From assembly GCA_965226795.1 (NCBI GenBank), contig CBDDDZ010000004.1, positions 224,001 through 288,000 of the forward strand: 64,000 bases of DNA, written 5' to 3'. Both the position numbers and the translations under genes were made by a program. This stretch comes from Candidatus Latescibacterota bacterium. Lineage in GTDB: Bacteria > Latescibacterota > UBA2968 > GCA-2709665. This document shows positions 48,858-59,325 of this stretch, one piece after another. The notes beneath the pieces are model-generated. The model saw only the letters and a program-made list of their open reading frames with translations, had not been told where the DNA came from and ran no database searches. Each line of letters starts with the position of its first letter. The first letter of the stretch is position 1.

Positions 48858-49577
48858 TTAATGCGTGAGCGCCCAGACAATGACGTTCGTCCCCATTTTC
48901 AAGGCGGCATCCCGCTTTTCCGGCGGATCTTCGTGAACGGCGGCATCGTTCCAACCATCCCCGAGGTCGCACTCGTAATTGTAAAAGACCACAAGCCGTC
49001 CCTCGTGAAAGATGCCGAAGGCCTGTGGTCGTTTACCGTCGTGCTCGTGGATTTTCGGCAGGCCGTCTGGAAATGAGAAAGGCTGTTGAAAGATGTCGAA
49101 CGAGGGCGGTAGTTCCACCAGTTCTTTATCAGGGAAGGTTCGTTTGATTTCACGGCGAAACGCTTTGTCGAGTCCGTAATCGTCATTGGCAAAAAGGAAG
49201 CCGCCGCGTTCAAGGTACGTGCGAAGGCGCCTGACTTCATCTTCGGTAAATCGGATATTTCCGTGTCCGGTGAGATAAAGAACCGGATAAGCAAAAAGGT
49301 CTTCGTCCATGATTTCGACCCGGGCTTCCTGTTTTGCCGTATGGATCGTCGTTCGGCTTCGGATAAAGGCCAGCAGGTTGGGAATCTCGGTGGGCCCGTT
49401 GTACCAGTCTCCGCCGCCCCCGAATTTGAGCCTCGCCATTGTGAAAGACGCCGGTGGACCTGACAGCTGCGCCGGACAGCGGGCGGCGCCGAGCGCCAGA
49501 AGACAGAAAACAGCGCATACTACGCCCCATCGTACGGGTAATCCGGCGGCGTTGTTCTGCTTTTCTTTCCGGTTCAT
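48858..49577 (-). CDS. DUF4159 family protein
   Basis: GGGDWY, YPVLYLTGHG, LRTYLERGGFLFANDDYG, LPKIHEHDG, DLGDGW. Confidence 0.92.
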   Translation of the reverse strand: MNRKEKQNNAAGLPVRWGVVCAVFCLLALGAARCPAQLSGPPASFTMARLKFGGGGDWYNGPTEIPNLLAFIRSRTTIHTAKQEARVEIMDEDLFAYPVLYLTGHGNIRFTEDEVRRLRTYLERGGFLFANDDYGLDKAFRREIKRTFPDKELVELPPSFDIFQQPFSFPDGLPKIHEHDGKRPQAFGIFHEGRLVVFYNYECDLGDGWNDAAVHEDPPEKRDAALKMGTNVIVWALTH

Positions 49578-49709
49578 TCCTTTTGAGAATAGCCCTTCGG
49601 TTCAGCGAAACAGGGGCCGGACATGGGAAACGGGGGGCCTGCGTCCCCGCTTCCCGGCGCCCAACCCCAGTTTAGACGTGGTGCAAGAGTGGAAGTTCCA
49701 GGGCTCCGG

Positions 49710-50057
49710 TTAATCGGAGTCGATCTGAAGCAGTGGTTTCGCCTGTGCCGGTTCGACGTCGGAATTCTTCGCGAAACTGAATGTGCAATCAAATTCCACG
49801 TCGGCCAGACAACGCTCGTCGATCGGAAACGCGCTGCACTGGCGTGGCCGGTTTTCGTAGATGCTGCAGGCGGAAAACCCATCGTCCTGTTTGATTACGA
49901 ACGGGCATTTGAATAGAATTTCGCAGCAGTTGCCGCAGCGGTTGCATTCGCCCATCAGGAGGGTTGCCTGCTCGGCAACATAGGATTTTCGGAAGTAGAC
50001 AGAGAGAAAACGGCGAGCTTTCCCCGCGGCTTGTCGCGCTTTTAGCGGCAATTTCAT
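49710..50057 (-). CDS. YkgJ-family CxxCxxCC cysteine-cluster protein
   Basis: CNRCGNCC...CPF...CSIYENRPRQCSAFP. Confidence 0.85.
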   Translation of the reverse strand: MKLPLKARQAAGKARRFLSVYFRKSYVAEQATLLMGECNRCGNCCEILFKCPFVIKQDDGFSACSIYENRPRQCSAFPIDERCLADVEFDCTFSFAKNSDVEPAQAKPLLQIDSD

Positions 50058-50092
50058 GTATGCTCCGTGTTTCCTCTGTCGCAGAGAGGTAA

Positions 50093-51631
50093 TCAGGGAA
50101 TTTCAGTTCTGTCCCCTGAAGATCCACCTGTTTCTAAGGCTGCCGGCTTCGGTGGCCGGAACAGTTGACGGATTTCCTGCCACTCTCCCGTTTCAAGGAA
50201 GTTCCAGCCCCACAGGATGAGCGGATAGGCCAGCAACAGAATGCACCGTGTCACGATGCCCGACGGGCTGGCATCGGGAATAAATCCGGATACAACAAGA
50301 AAAACGATTCCGCCGGCGACCGCGACCTTCGCAAGCCGGGCGTACTCGTAGGCAACCGGATAAAACCGTCGGGTGTACAAATAGAGAAAAAGGACCATTA
50401 CCCCGTAAGCGGCCAGGGTGCTCCAGGCCGCGCCGAGCACGCCCATGCGCGGGATAAGCAGAAGGTTGAATCCCACATTGACGCTCGCGCCCAGACCCAC
50501 AACGAGGGGCAGCATGCGTGAACGACCCTCCGCGTAAACCCCGGCCGTCAATATAATGTATATTCCGGATAGCAGGAATGCAAGGGTTACAATTGGGATG
50601 ACACCCTGTGCGGGCAGATATTCGGAGGCTTTGCTTCCACATCCCAGCAGGATAAGATCCCGGGCGAAGGTGCAAAGCGCCAGCAGCAATAGGGTTGCTC
50701 CCACCGAAAAATAGGTGGTCATCCGGGCGACAACCGCGCGGGCTTCCGTTCTGTCCGGAATGGCCAGGATGCCCGGCGCCCACGCGGTGCGGAATACCCG
50801 CGTAAGCATCTGCATGGGCAGGCAGAACCTGAAGAGGATCTGAAGAATCCCGACTGGATCCTTGCCAAGGAAGAATTTCAGGAGCAACCGGTCGGAAAGG
50901 TTAATCAGAAGAAGGGCCGCGGCGGAAGGAACAAAAGGCAAACCAAAGCGAAGAAGCTCGCGCAAGATAGACGGCGAATAGACGGGCCGGAGTGTACGGA
51001 ACCCGATTGGGCACAGGACCAGAAAGGCAAAAACGGAGCTGACCAGGTTGCTCCAGAAAATAGCACGTACCCCGTGCCCTTCCCAGACTATCAGGTAAAC
51101 CGTGAGACCAAGCTGCAGGGTGTGCTGGACGAACCGGACAGACGCGTAGATTCCGGATCGCTGCCGCACCCTGCACAACGTGAAAAAGGGCTCTGACAGG
51201 GTGTCCAGCAGCAGAATCACCGCGATAATGTGGAACACGTCCGCGTAGGACGCGGTATCGAGAAAAACGACGGCCAGGCGCGCAGCAGAGTTCCATACCA
51301 GGAAAGAAAGAAGGACGCCCATGACCAGAAGCGTCCAGTATGCCGTGCTGAACTTGAGGCGTGTCTCGGCTGCATCGCGCTCGACAGCAAGGTGGCGGAC
51401 AAGCGCATGGTTCAGGCCCAGGGCGTACAGGAGAACACTGAAGCTGACAAAAGCGTACGCGAGGGCCATGTCGCCGTTTTCGGATAGGGAAAGAAGGCGG
51501 GCGTAGACGGGCACCAGAAGGATGCCCGTGGCCTTTCCGAGCATGTCGCCCATCCCGTAAACGGCAGTGTGTTTTGCGAGCGATTTGACGTGTCGGAAGC
51601 CCATGGACAGTACGCTGCCATCCATCTTCAT
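50093..51631 (-). CDS. Wzx/RfbX-type polysaccharide flippase (MOP family)
   Basis: About 14 hydrophobic segments; LLRFGLPFVP, SDRLLL, NLLLIPRMGVLGAAWST. Confidence 0.88.
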   Translation of the reverse strand: MKMDGSVLSMGFRHVKSLAKHTAVYGMGDMLGKATGILLVPVYARLLSLSENGDMALAYAFVSFSVLLYALGLNHALVRHLAVERDAAETRLKFSTAYWTLLVMGVLLSFLVWNSAARLAVVFLDTASYADVFHIIAVILLLDTLSEPFFTLCRVRQRSGIYASVRFVQHTLQLGLTVYLIVWEGHGVRAIFWSNLVSSVFAFLVLCPIGFRTLRPVYSPSILRELLRFGLPFVPSAAALLLINLSDRLLLKFFLGKDPVGILQILFRFCLPMQMLTRVFRTAWAPGILAIPDRTEARAVVARMTTYFSVGATLLLLALCTFARDLILLGCGSKASEYLPAQGVIPIVTLAFLLSGIYIILTAGVYAEGRSRMLPLVVGLGASVNVGFNLLLIPRMGVLGAAWSTLAAYGVMVLFLYLYTRRFYPVAYEYARLAKVAVAGGIVFLVVSGFIPDASPSGIVTRCILLLAYPLILWGWNFLETGEWQEIRQLFRPPKPAALETGGSSGDRTEIP

Positions 51632-51731
51632 CGGTTTTGGACACGTCGGCCGACGTTCCGGCTCGCGGCAGAAACTGGAAAACGCTTGTCGTATTCCGGT
51701 TCGCGACCAATGAGTCGAATGGCTGGAAAGA

Positions 51732-54161
51732 TTACAACATCGATACAGGGTCTATGTCCACGTCCAGGGTCACGGCTGCGCGGCGATTTCGGCCGAATTC
51801 GCGTATGGCCCTGCGGGCGAGGACGTTCAGGTTTCTGGATGAGGGCGTTTTGAGAATGACCTGCCACCGATAGCTCCTGCGGATTCGGGAAATCGGCGCC
51901 TGTGCGGGTCCCATAACGTCAACGTGCGGCAATGCAATTGCGCGCAGGGCCTCGGCGCACAATCCGGCGGTACGGGCGACATCATTTTCATGCCGGCCTT
52001 TGAAGAGAAGCAGGGCCATCCGTCCGAAAGGAGGATAGAGTACGCTGCGTCGTCCCTCGAGTTCAAATTCAGCGAATTTCTGAAAGTCGTGTTTCCGTGC
52101 GCACCGCACGGCTTCCCCCTCCGGCAGGTGGGTCTGTATGACGACCTCGCCGGGAGAATGCCCGCGCCCGGCCCGGCCGCTTACCTGTGTAAGCAACTGG
52201 AAAGTGCGTTCTCCCGCTCTGAAGTCCGGCAGATGTATGCCGGTATCGGCCGAAATGACGCCGACCAGGGTAACGTCGGGGAAGTCCAGGCCTTTGGCCA
52301 CCATTTGCGTTCCCAGCAAAACATCCGCCTGGCCCAACCTGAAGGATTCGAGGATACGCTCGTGCGCCCCTTTTCTACGGGTCGAATCGACGTCCATGCG
52401 GAGCAGGCGCAAGTCAGGGAATTGTTCCTTCAGGGCCTCCTCCACCCGTTGGGTGCCCACACCCAACAGCCGGAGGTTGGGTCCCTCGCAGGCGCGGCAT
52501 ACGGAAGGGGCCGAGGTAGCGAAGGCGCAATAGTGGCACACCATCCGCCGGCCCGGGGCATGGTAGGTGAGCGTGACCTGGCAATTCGGGCATTGTACAC
52601 TCCCGCCGCAATCCTGACATTGTACAAAGGGAGCGTACCCTCTGCGGTTTTGCAGCAGGATGACCCGCTCCCGTCTTTCGAGGCGGTCCCTGAGTTTTTC
52701 CCGCAAAACCCGTGAAAAAAGGCCGCCGCCTTCTTTTCTCATATCCACAAGGGTGACAGTGGGCAGGGGGCGGGCGTCGATCCGTTCCGGTAGCGAAAGC
52801 AGATGGAATTTGTCGGTTTCGACGTTGTGATAGGACTCAAGCGCCGGCGTTGCCGAGCCCAGAATGATTGGGATATCTTCCATTTTCGCCCGCATCACCG
52901 CAACATCCCGGGCGTTGTACCGCGGTGCCGGATCCGACTGTTTGTAGGCGCCATCGTGCTCCTCGTCCACAATGATCAGACCCAGGCTCGATACCGGTGC
53001 AAAGACGGCGGAACGAGCGCCGATGACAATGGTGCGCCGGCCCTCGCGGACGTCCCGCCAGGCATCGTAGCGTTCGCTTTCCGACAGGGCGCTGTGGATG
53101 ACGGCGACCCGGTTGCCGAAATGGGATCTGAAGCGGCGCACCGTTTGAGGGGTGAGAGAGATCTCGGGTACCAGAATCAGTGCGCCCAGGCCGGCCTTCA
53201 GAATCCGATCGACCGCCTGAATGTAAACCAGCGTTTTGCCGCTCCCGGTAACCCCGTGCAGGAGAAAGGGACTGAATCTGGTGGGATTGAACGAACACTC
53301 GATTTCCTCCAACGCTTTCTGCTGATGCGCGGTGGGCGTCAGCTGCTCGGGAGGAACGGGTTCCACTTCGGCGTATGGGTCCCTCCGGACTTCGCGCTGG
53401 TAAATCCGAACCAGTCGGCGATCCGCCAGCGCCCTGAGGACGCCGGGCCCAATCCCCGCGCAGCGGAGTGCCGCCGCCGGCATGGTGCCGCCGCAATCCC
53501 GAAGGCGCCTGAGACACTCCGCCTGTCGGGGTGCCCTGCGCTCCAGTGCGGGCCATTCAAGTTCGAACCACCGCGCATCGGGCACCAGCAGAACCATACG
53601 CTCCTGCCTGGGCTTGACTCGGGGGTCTTCAATGACCTGACAGGTTGTAAGCATACCCCTTCGAATCAGTCCGTAGACGGCACTGCGGACCTCGTTCCCG
53701 CGCATGCGATGCTGAAGTTGGCGGAGGCTGGCCGGGCCCCCCGTTTGCAGGTGGTCGAGCACCTTTTGCTGAAAGGCGGTAATCGGACCTCGACCAGCGC
53801 CGTTGAGGGTATTAACGTCTATGCGCTGTCCGCTATGCGTGTGAATGCCGGCGGGAAGCGCGGCCGTGAGGACTTCGGACAGGGTGCAGACATAATAGCC
53901 CGCCATCCAGCGACAGAGGTCGAGGACGTTTGGTAAGACGACGGGATAGGAATCGAGCAGTATACCGATTGACTTGACATTGTCCAGATCGGTCCGGTCT
54001 TGAAAACCGACGACAATGCCGGTCGTCCAACGGGGCCCCAGAGGAACGAGCGCCCTGCTTCCGACGTGAGTTTGATGCTTGAGGTCGTCGGGAACCAGAT
54101 AGGTCATTTCCCGGTCTATTGGCGTGGCGAGGGGGACAATTTGCGCGTAGTTGGAATCCAT
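51732..54161 (-). CDS. priA: Primosomal protein N'
   Basis: GVTGSGKT, LVPEISLTPQ, VDEEHD, Zn clusters CQDC/CPNC/CHYC/CRAC, GTQMVAKGLDF, QVSGRAGR, DIDP. Confidence 0.98.
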   Translation of the reverse strand: MDSNYAQIVPLATPIDREMTYLVPDDLKHQTHVGSRALVPLGPRWTTGIVVGFQDRTDLDNVKSIGILLDSYPVVLPNVLDLCRWMAGYYVCTLSEVLTAALPAGIHTHSGQRIDVNTLNGAGRGPITAFQQKVLDHLQTGGPASLRQLQHRMRGNEVRSAVYGLIRRGMLTTCQVIEDPRVKPRQERMVLLVPDARWFELEWPALERRAPRQAECLRRLRDCGGTMPAAALRCAGIGPGVLRALADRRLVRIYQREVRRDPYAEVEPVPPEQLTPTAHQQKALEEIECSFNPTRFSPFLLHGVTGSGKTLVYIQAVDRILKAGLGALILVPEISLTPQTVRRFRSHFGNRVAVIHSALSESERYDAWRDVREGRRTIVIGARSAVFAPVSSLGLIIVDEEHDGAYKQSDPAPRYNARDVAVMRAKMEDIPIILGSATPALESYHNVETDKFHLLSLPERIDARPLPTVTLVDMRKEGGGLFSRVLREKLRDRLERRERVILLQNRRGYAPFVQCQDCGGSVQCPNCQVTLTYHAPGRRMVCHYCAFATSAPSVCRACEGPNLRLLGVGTQRVEEALKEQFPDLRLLRMDVDSTRRKGAHERILESFRLGQADVLLGTQMVAKGLDFPDVTLVGVISADTGIHLPDFRAGERTFQLLTQVSGRAGRGHSPGEVVIQTHLPEGEAVRCARKHDFQKFAEFELEGRRSVLYPPFGRMALLLFKGRHENDVARTAGLCAEALRAIALPHVDVMGPAQAPISRIRRSYRWQVILKTPSSRNLNVLARRAIREFGRNRRAAVTLDVDIDPVSML

Positions 54162-54167
54162 TTCGGA

Positions 54168-55106
54168 TTAACGCACGGGTGGTGGCGGCGCCACAGATTC
54201 AATCTCTTCAACCCAGATATTGGCTCGGGAGATGAACAGGCGGTGTTTCCGGCCGTGTTTTGTGGGGACGGAAACAGGCCTGTCCTGCAGAGAGAGGGAG
54301 ACGGCGGTGGGGTCTAAAATTTCCACGCGGAACCGCTCGCGGGCGGTCCACTGCCGCTGTGTTCCGGAAAGCAGCCGGTTTTCAATGGTTGAATCGCCGT
54401 CGCTGGAAACATGTACCCGCGTATCCAGCAGTGCACGAACGGTCAGGACTAACTCGTCTTCCCAAATGTCTGAGTACTGCTGCGGAAGCGAATAGGAAGA
54501 CACCACACGCTCGATCGGCGGCAAATTCCCCGAATTGTCCGGTTCCTGGGGGGCGGTATGGAGGGATTCGGAGGGCGCTATCGCTGCCGCGTTCCGGCCT
54601 GCGGGCTCATCCGGGATCGCCTCAGGTTCCGACGTTGTTGAAGTCTCCGGGCCGGATGTCGTAGATCGACTTACGTCTCCCGGCATCGGCGCTTCCGTCT
54701 CTACTGGCGCCGGCGGCGTCGAATCACGCCGGAGAATCACGACAGCGATAAAAACGACCAGTGTCAGTACACATAGAATCGCCAGGATGGGACCCCACGA
54801 CAGTGACCGGTCTCGTTTCGGCCGTACGGCGATCTGGGGGGATTCCGAGTGGGGCCTGGTTTTGTCATATTTGTCCAGGGTCTCCTCGACGTCGAGGCCG
54901 ACTTCCTGCGCGTACTTTTTGAGAAAGAGGCGAACATAGATATCCGGAAGGACGTCGAAGTTGCCGGTTTCGATGGCGCGGAGGTAATCCGGGTTGATCC
55001 GCGTACGTTCGAACAGTTCTTCCAGGGACATGCCGCTGGTTTCACGTTGAACCCGTAACTCCGATGCAAATTCTCGCATTAACGGCTCCGAAATCAGTCG
55101 TTCCAA
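54168..55106 (-). CDS. rodZ: RodZ-like HTH-TM-DUF4115 protein
   Basis: N-terminal HTH (SLEELFERTRINPDYLRAIETG.F..LP..YVRLFLKKYA), one TM, Pro-rich linker, C-terminal beta domain. Confidence 0.82.
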   Translation of the reverse strand: MERLISEPLMREFASELRVQRETSGMSLEELFERTRINPDYLRAIETGNFDVLPDIYVRLFLKKYAQEVGLDVEETLDKYDKTRPHSESPQIAVRPKRDRSLSWGPILAILCVLTLVVFIAVVILRRDSTPPAPVETEAPMPGDVSRSTTSGPETSTTSEPEAIPDEPAGRNAAAIAPSESLHTAPQEPDNSGNLPPIERVVSSYSLPQQYSDIWEDELVLTVRALLDTRVHVSSDGDSTIENRLLSGTQRQWTARERFRVEILDPTAVSLSLQDRPVSVPTKHGRKHRLFISRANIWVEEIESVAPPPPVR

Positions 55107-55699
55107 TGCCCGGAGGCAAACTGCAACGGCGACTCGCCCACCATACGTTCGAGGAGTGAGCAGAAGAGCGAGAGCGGTAACCCCACAACATTGTAAAAAC
55201 AGCCTGAGATGGAATGAACGAACGCGGCTGCCCTTCCCTGAACCGCATACGCACCCGCTTTATCCATGGGTTCCCCGGTCTTCACATAGAGTTGGATTTC
55301 TTCCGGTTTGAGCGGTCTCATTGCAACGTCCGTCACGGCCACGTCCCGGAGAGAACGCCCGGACTCCGTATCGATCAACGTCAGGCCGGTATAAACGCGG
55401 TGAGTCTTTCCCGAGAGTCTGGACAGCATTTGAATCGCCTCATATTCACCGGCCGGCTTTTCGAGAATGTCGCCCTCCAGAACAACGACGGTATCTGCGC
55501 CCAGAACAAGCGCCCGGCGGAAGCTGGCAGCGACCGCCCGCGCCTTGCGGGAAGAGATTACACGGACGTAGTCGGCGGGTGGAATCGATCTGTCCAGGGT
55601 TTCCGAAACATGGCTCGGCACAACGTCAAAGGACATGCCGAGCAGATGCAGCAGGTCGGACCGCCTCGGTGATGCGGAGGCCAGGATGAGTTTTTTCAT
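55094..55699 (-). CDS. maf: Maf-family nucleoside triphosphate pyrophosphatase
   Basis: LILASASPRR, LGADTVV, EKP, GEPMDKAGAY, NVVGLP. Confidence 0.96.
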   Translation of the reverse strand: MKKLILASASPRRSDLLHLLGMSFDVVPSHVSETLDRSIPPADYVRVISSRKARAVAASFRRALVLGADTVVVLEGDILEKPAGEYEAIQMLSRLSGKTHRVYTGLTLIDTESGRSLRDVAVTDVAMRPLKPEEIQLYVKTGEPMDKAGAYAVQGRAAAFVHSISGCFYNVVGLPLSLFCSLLERMVGESPLQFASGHWND

Positions 55700-55755
55700 G
55701 GTGGGAATGGTAAGCCCGGTACGACTGCGCGGCGATAAAATCCCGTATTCCGCCA

Positions 55756-56193
55756 CTATGTCTCAACCATCAGGGTAACCGGGCCATCGTTGTGTATTTC
55801 AACGTGCATGTTGGCGCCGAACTGTCCCGTGCGTACGGATACACCCTGGTTGCGCAACGCATCCACGAATTCGTTATAATGGGCCTCGGCCATCCCGGGG
55901 GGAGCCGCGCTGGAGTAGCCGGGACGACGCCCCTTTCGGGTATCGCCATAGAGCGTGAACTGTGAGACAACCAGGGCCTGCCCTCCGATGTCAACGAGGG
56001 AACGATTCATCTTGCCCTGCTCGTCTCCAAAGATCCGAAGGTGGATGCATTTGCCGGCCACGTACTGGATGTCTGCGGGTGTGTCCTGCCGGCCTACGCC
56101 CAGAAGAATCAGCATTCCCCGGCCGATTTCGGCGATGAGTTGTCCGTTGATGTACACCGCGGAACGGCTGACCCGTTGTACAAGCGCTCGCAC
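55756..56193 (-). CDS. dtd: D-aminoacyl-tRNA deacylase
   Basis: MRALVQRV, SQFTL, G.FGANM, NDGPVT. Confidence 0.97.
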   Translation of the reverse strand: MRALVQRVSRSAVYINGQLIAEIGRGMLILLGVGRQDTPADIQYVAGKCIHLRIFGDEQGKMNRSLVDIGGQALVVSQFTLYGDTRKGRRPGYSSAAPPGMAEAHYNEFVDALRNQGVSVRTGQFGANMHVEIHNDGPVTLMVET

Positions 56194-56388
56194 CCTGGTT
56201 CCTGGAATTCAAAAAACGCCACCAAAGGCGGGTTGCGGTGGAAAAATAGCGGCATTAGGCACAAAACGGCATTCAAATAGGTAATTTAGCCGATTCGCGA
56301 GGGCGAGGCAAGGGAAAGAACAGGCGGCGGGATTTGGAACCGGACTCGGGGATGGAAAGGCGGGTATTCCGACGCTTTCCGGCTGTTC

Positions 56389-58761
56389 TCAAAGCCCGAA
56401 ACCACCCCGGCGATGTTCCAGTTTGATCTGGGGGAAGTCTTTGATATTGAGTTTGAAATGGAAGCCTTTGTTGAAGCCGGTGGGATACCAGCTGAACGTG
56501 GCCTGCCAGCAATGCAAGTCTCTGTAGACGTATAGCGTCTGGGAGATTAGCCGGGTGTTTACCAGATCGAAGTTTACGGAATAGTTGAAGCGCCATGCGC
56601 GCGTGGGATTCAATGCCAGGTCCGCTTTCACCCAGGAACGCCTGGTCGAACCGGAGCCCGTGGTGAAAGACTCCCGATGGCTGAAATAGTGGCCCAGGTT
56701 GAAATGCCAGGGCTGTGTGGCGTCGCCAAAGTCGCGGTAGACGTCGTCTTCAAAATTAAAACCGGTACCCTCGGCGGGCAGCATGGACCCACGGTATTGG
56801 AGCCGATCGGATCGGCCTTCGGTGCGGCCGCTGAAGCGGAGGCTGGTGTTGACCGTGAGGCTGCGCAGATGAGGACGATACAGATTCAGACGGTCCAGCG
56901 CGTCGTAGAACGTGTGGGTCATGTTGAGACGAACGTCTATCCGACGGGCCGGCTTTATCGAGGCTGAAGTGCGAAGGTCACGCCATTTGCGCGTCGGATT
57001 GGTGTCGAAGTCGTATCCGGTAGAGAAACTCGCAGTGGCGAAAGTGGATCGCCGTACTTTGCCGTCTACCTCGGTTTTGATTTCGATCGTGTTGTTAAGG
57101 CGCAAATTGAGTGCGCGCCTGGGGTCGTTCCAGTCACGGCGGCCGTGGAAGCCCAGGGTGGCGCCATCGACCGTTGCGTTCTGGTAATACCTGAAGTCTA
57201 TCTGCGGCTGGAACCGGTGGCGGATTCCCCTCAGCCGTCCGACTTGAGGCTGAAAGATGCCATAGAGCGCGTTTCCGGCGGCGAGACTGACGTTGTAGGA
57301 TTCACGGCGCGTGCGCGCGTCCCGGCTCAGGCGTGAGGAGGTCTGACTGATGTTGAATCGGTGGGTGAGATCCAGCAAGCCGAAGGGACGGTGCTGGCTA
57401 CTGACGCCCAAGCGGGAGTTAAGGGTCAGATTGTGGGTGTTGTCGGCCCGATCCTCGTTGCGTGTGAAAGCGTTCGACAAGCCGCCGGAAACGTCGTAAT
57501 AGAACGCGTGGTACCAGAGGGCTTCCCGGTTCGATTCGGGTTGACCCAAAATGCGTCGTCTGCCCTGGCGGAACGAGAGGCGGGGGAATCCCTGGAACCG
57601 GTTCTGATTCTGATCGAGGTCCCGGTAGTAGTTGAGATTGAGATCCATGCTTCGCCGGGCTTCCGTCCAGCGCTTGTCAATGGAAAAAGATGACCGGAGT
57701 TGCCGGTTCAGGTATCGATAGAGGTTGTTCGCATTGTGAAGGTCGAAGCTGGAACTGTTCGTGAAATCTCCCCTGGCCCTCATGTTGAGTGTGGGGTTCA
57801 GCCGATGCTGATGGTGGAAGTTCAAACGCCAGTCGCGGCGGGAATCGCCCGAAGGCTGTCGCTCACGTTCATAGGAGAGATTCATATACCCGCTGAGTCG
57901 TTTGCGCACGGCGTAGTCGATGCCTGCGTCAACGAGAAAACCATTACGTTCCCGCAGGGCTGTCCTGAGCGTGGCATCCCAGTAGTCGCTGGGCGCCCAA
58001 TAGTATCCGATGTTGCTTACGTTAACGCCGTCGCGGCTATTGCTGCCGATTCGGGGGGTCAGAATGCCGGAGCGCCTGCCCTGCGTGAGCGGAAAAACGT
58101 AAAACGGGAGCCACAACAGCGGGACCGGACCGACGCGAAACGTCACGGAGCGGGCGATGGCCTTGTCGTTCTCCACGACCTTTAGCGCCTGGCATAGAAA
58201 GTCGTAATGGGTGTGGTCCCTGTCACATGAGGACATGGAAATCGTACGGGCGTGAAGTTCACGTTGTTGATCGAGGAGGATCTGCTCGCCCCTGTAATAT
58301 CGCCTCCCGTGACGCGCCCGGCCACCCCGTACACGGCCACGGCCGGTTTCGAGGTTGTAGACCATTGACGATCCGGTAAACCGCTCTGCACCGCGGATAA
58401 ACTCAGGCATACCAATGGTTTTCCTGCCGGTGGAGTCCGGAAGCGCCTCGGCCTCCAGACGCTGTACCTCCCGGTGAAGAACGATGCGTCCCGCGCGCAG
58501 TTCCACATCTTGATATTTGAGGACGACGTTTCCCGTGAAGACGACGCGCCCTGTTGCGATATCGTCCACGACCCGGTCGGCCGCATATTCGTAAAGCAAG
58601 GAATCCAGCGCCGCCGCCACCTGACGGACGGGAAGCGGGCCGGGTTCCAACTGCGCGAAAGCCGCATCGCCCGGAAATAACACCAGGAAGAATAGCGCGC
58701 TGGAGGCGAGATGGATCGCCTTCCGGTGAACGGTTGCCGGTTTTACCTTTAGCTTGGTCAT
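56389..58761 (-). CDS. lptD: LPS-assembly protein LptD-like outer-membrane protein
   Basis: Signal peptide, OstA-like N-domain, RRSGILTP..G, GYYWA.SDYWD, YRDLHCW; beta-barrel character. Start codon uncertain. Confidence 0.85.
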   Translation of the reverse strand: MTKLKVKPATVHRKAIHLASSALFFLVLFPGDAAFAQLEPGPLPVRQVAAALDSLLYEYAADRVVDDIATGRVVFTGNVVLKYQDVELRAGRIVLHREVQRLEAEALPDSTGRKTIGMPEFIRGAERFTGSSMVYNLETGRGRVRGGRARHGRRYYRGEQILLDQQRELHARTISMSSCDRDHTHYDFLCQALKVVENDKAIARSVTFRVGPVPLLWLPFYVFPLTQGRRSGILTPRIGSNSRDGVNVSNIGYYWAPSDYWDATLRTALRERNGFLVDAGIDYAVRKRLSGYMNLSYERERQPSGDSRRDWRLNFHHQHRLNPTLNMRARGDFTNSSSFDLHNANNLYRYLNRQLRSSFSIDKRWTEARRSMDLNLNYYRDLDQNQNRFQGFPRLSFRQGRRRILGQPESNREALWYHAFYYDVSGGLSNAFTRNEDRADNTHNLTLNSRLGVSSQHRPFGLLDLTHRFNISQTSSRLSRDARTRRESYNVSLAAGNALYGIFQPQVGRLRGIRHRFQPQIDFRYYQNATVDGATLGFHGRRDWNDPRRALNLRLNNTIEIKTEVDGKVRRSTFATASFSTGYDFDTNPTRKWRDLRTSASIKPARRIDVRLNMTHTFYDALDRLNLYRPHLRSLTVNTSLRFSGRTEGRSDRLQYRGSMLPAEGTGFNFEDDVYRDFGDATQPWHFNLGHYFSHRESFTTGSGSTRRSWVKADLALNPTRAWRFNYSVNFDLVNTRLISQTLYVYRDLHCWQATFSWYPTGFNKGFHFKLNIKDFPQIKLEHRRGGFGL

Positions 58762-58943
58762 ATGTCTGCGGTGCAGCCTGCTGCCGCGTATGATCGCCAG
58801 GAATCCGGCAGAGAAAAGCAACGGCGCATCATTTGAAGGATCGACGGACGCCCGTTTCACGCATCTAAGGCCGGTCCCGGTATTCACATCTCCAGGCGCT
58901 CCGCACGGGGACAGCCCCCATGTTCAGGAAAAGACAATAGCAG

Positions 58944-58973
58944 TTGACTTTTTTATGTTTTTCGCGTTATTAT
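58944..58973 (+). promoter_or_regulatory. sigma70 promoter for tRNA-Leu
   Basis: TTGACT, 18 bp spacer, TATTAT followed by a GC-rich discriminator. Confidence 0.55.
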
Positions 58974-59056
58974 AGGCGCCGTCTCTGGCGCGCTGCATGG
59001 GTTGGAAACGACGTGCATACTTGAAATTCGCGTGATTTTAATTCATTGTAATTGAA

Positions 59057-59142
59057 GCGGAAGTGGTGGAATTGGCAGACACGTCAGATTTAGGATCTGG
59101 TGGGCATTGCCCGTGGGGGTTCGAGTCCCCCCTTCCGCACCA
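59057..59142 (+). tRNA. tRNA-Leu(TAG)
   Basis: Acceptor GCGGAAG/CTTCCGC plus ACCA, D-loop GGAATTGGCAGAC, anticodon arm TCAGA-TTTAGGA-TCTGG, long variable arm, T-arm GGGGG-TTCGAGT-CCCCC. Confidence 0.97.
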
Positions 59143-59325
59143 ACGTTGAAGCCCGTCGGCGGGCTCCGAAAATCCGGGCCGTGCGCTGCCTTTTTTCTGG
59201 CGCACGGCTTTCCTTTTGTACCAGCAATAGACAAACCTGCCGGCGGTCGATTACCTAATGAATATTCCGTTTTTCGGCAGGTGAGTCAAGGCGAATTCCG
59301 GTAATATGAACCCCAGGGAGCGACA

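Noticed and set aside
59057..59325. tRNA-Leu as the integration site of an island
   Set aside because: No integrase and no duplicated tRNA 3' end seen in the window; the flanks are housekeeping genes.
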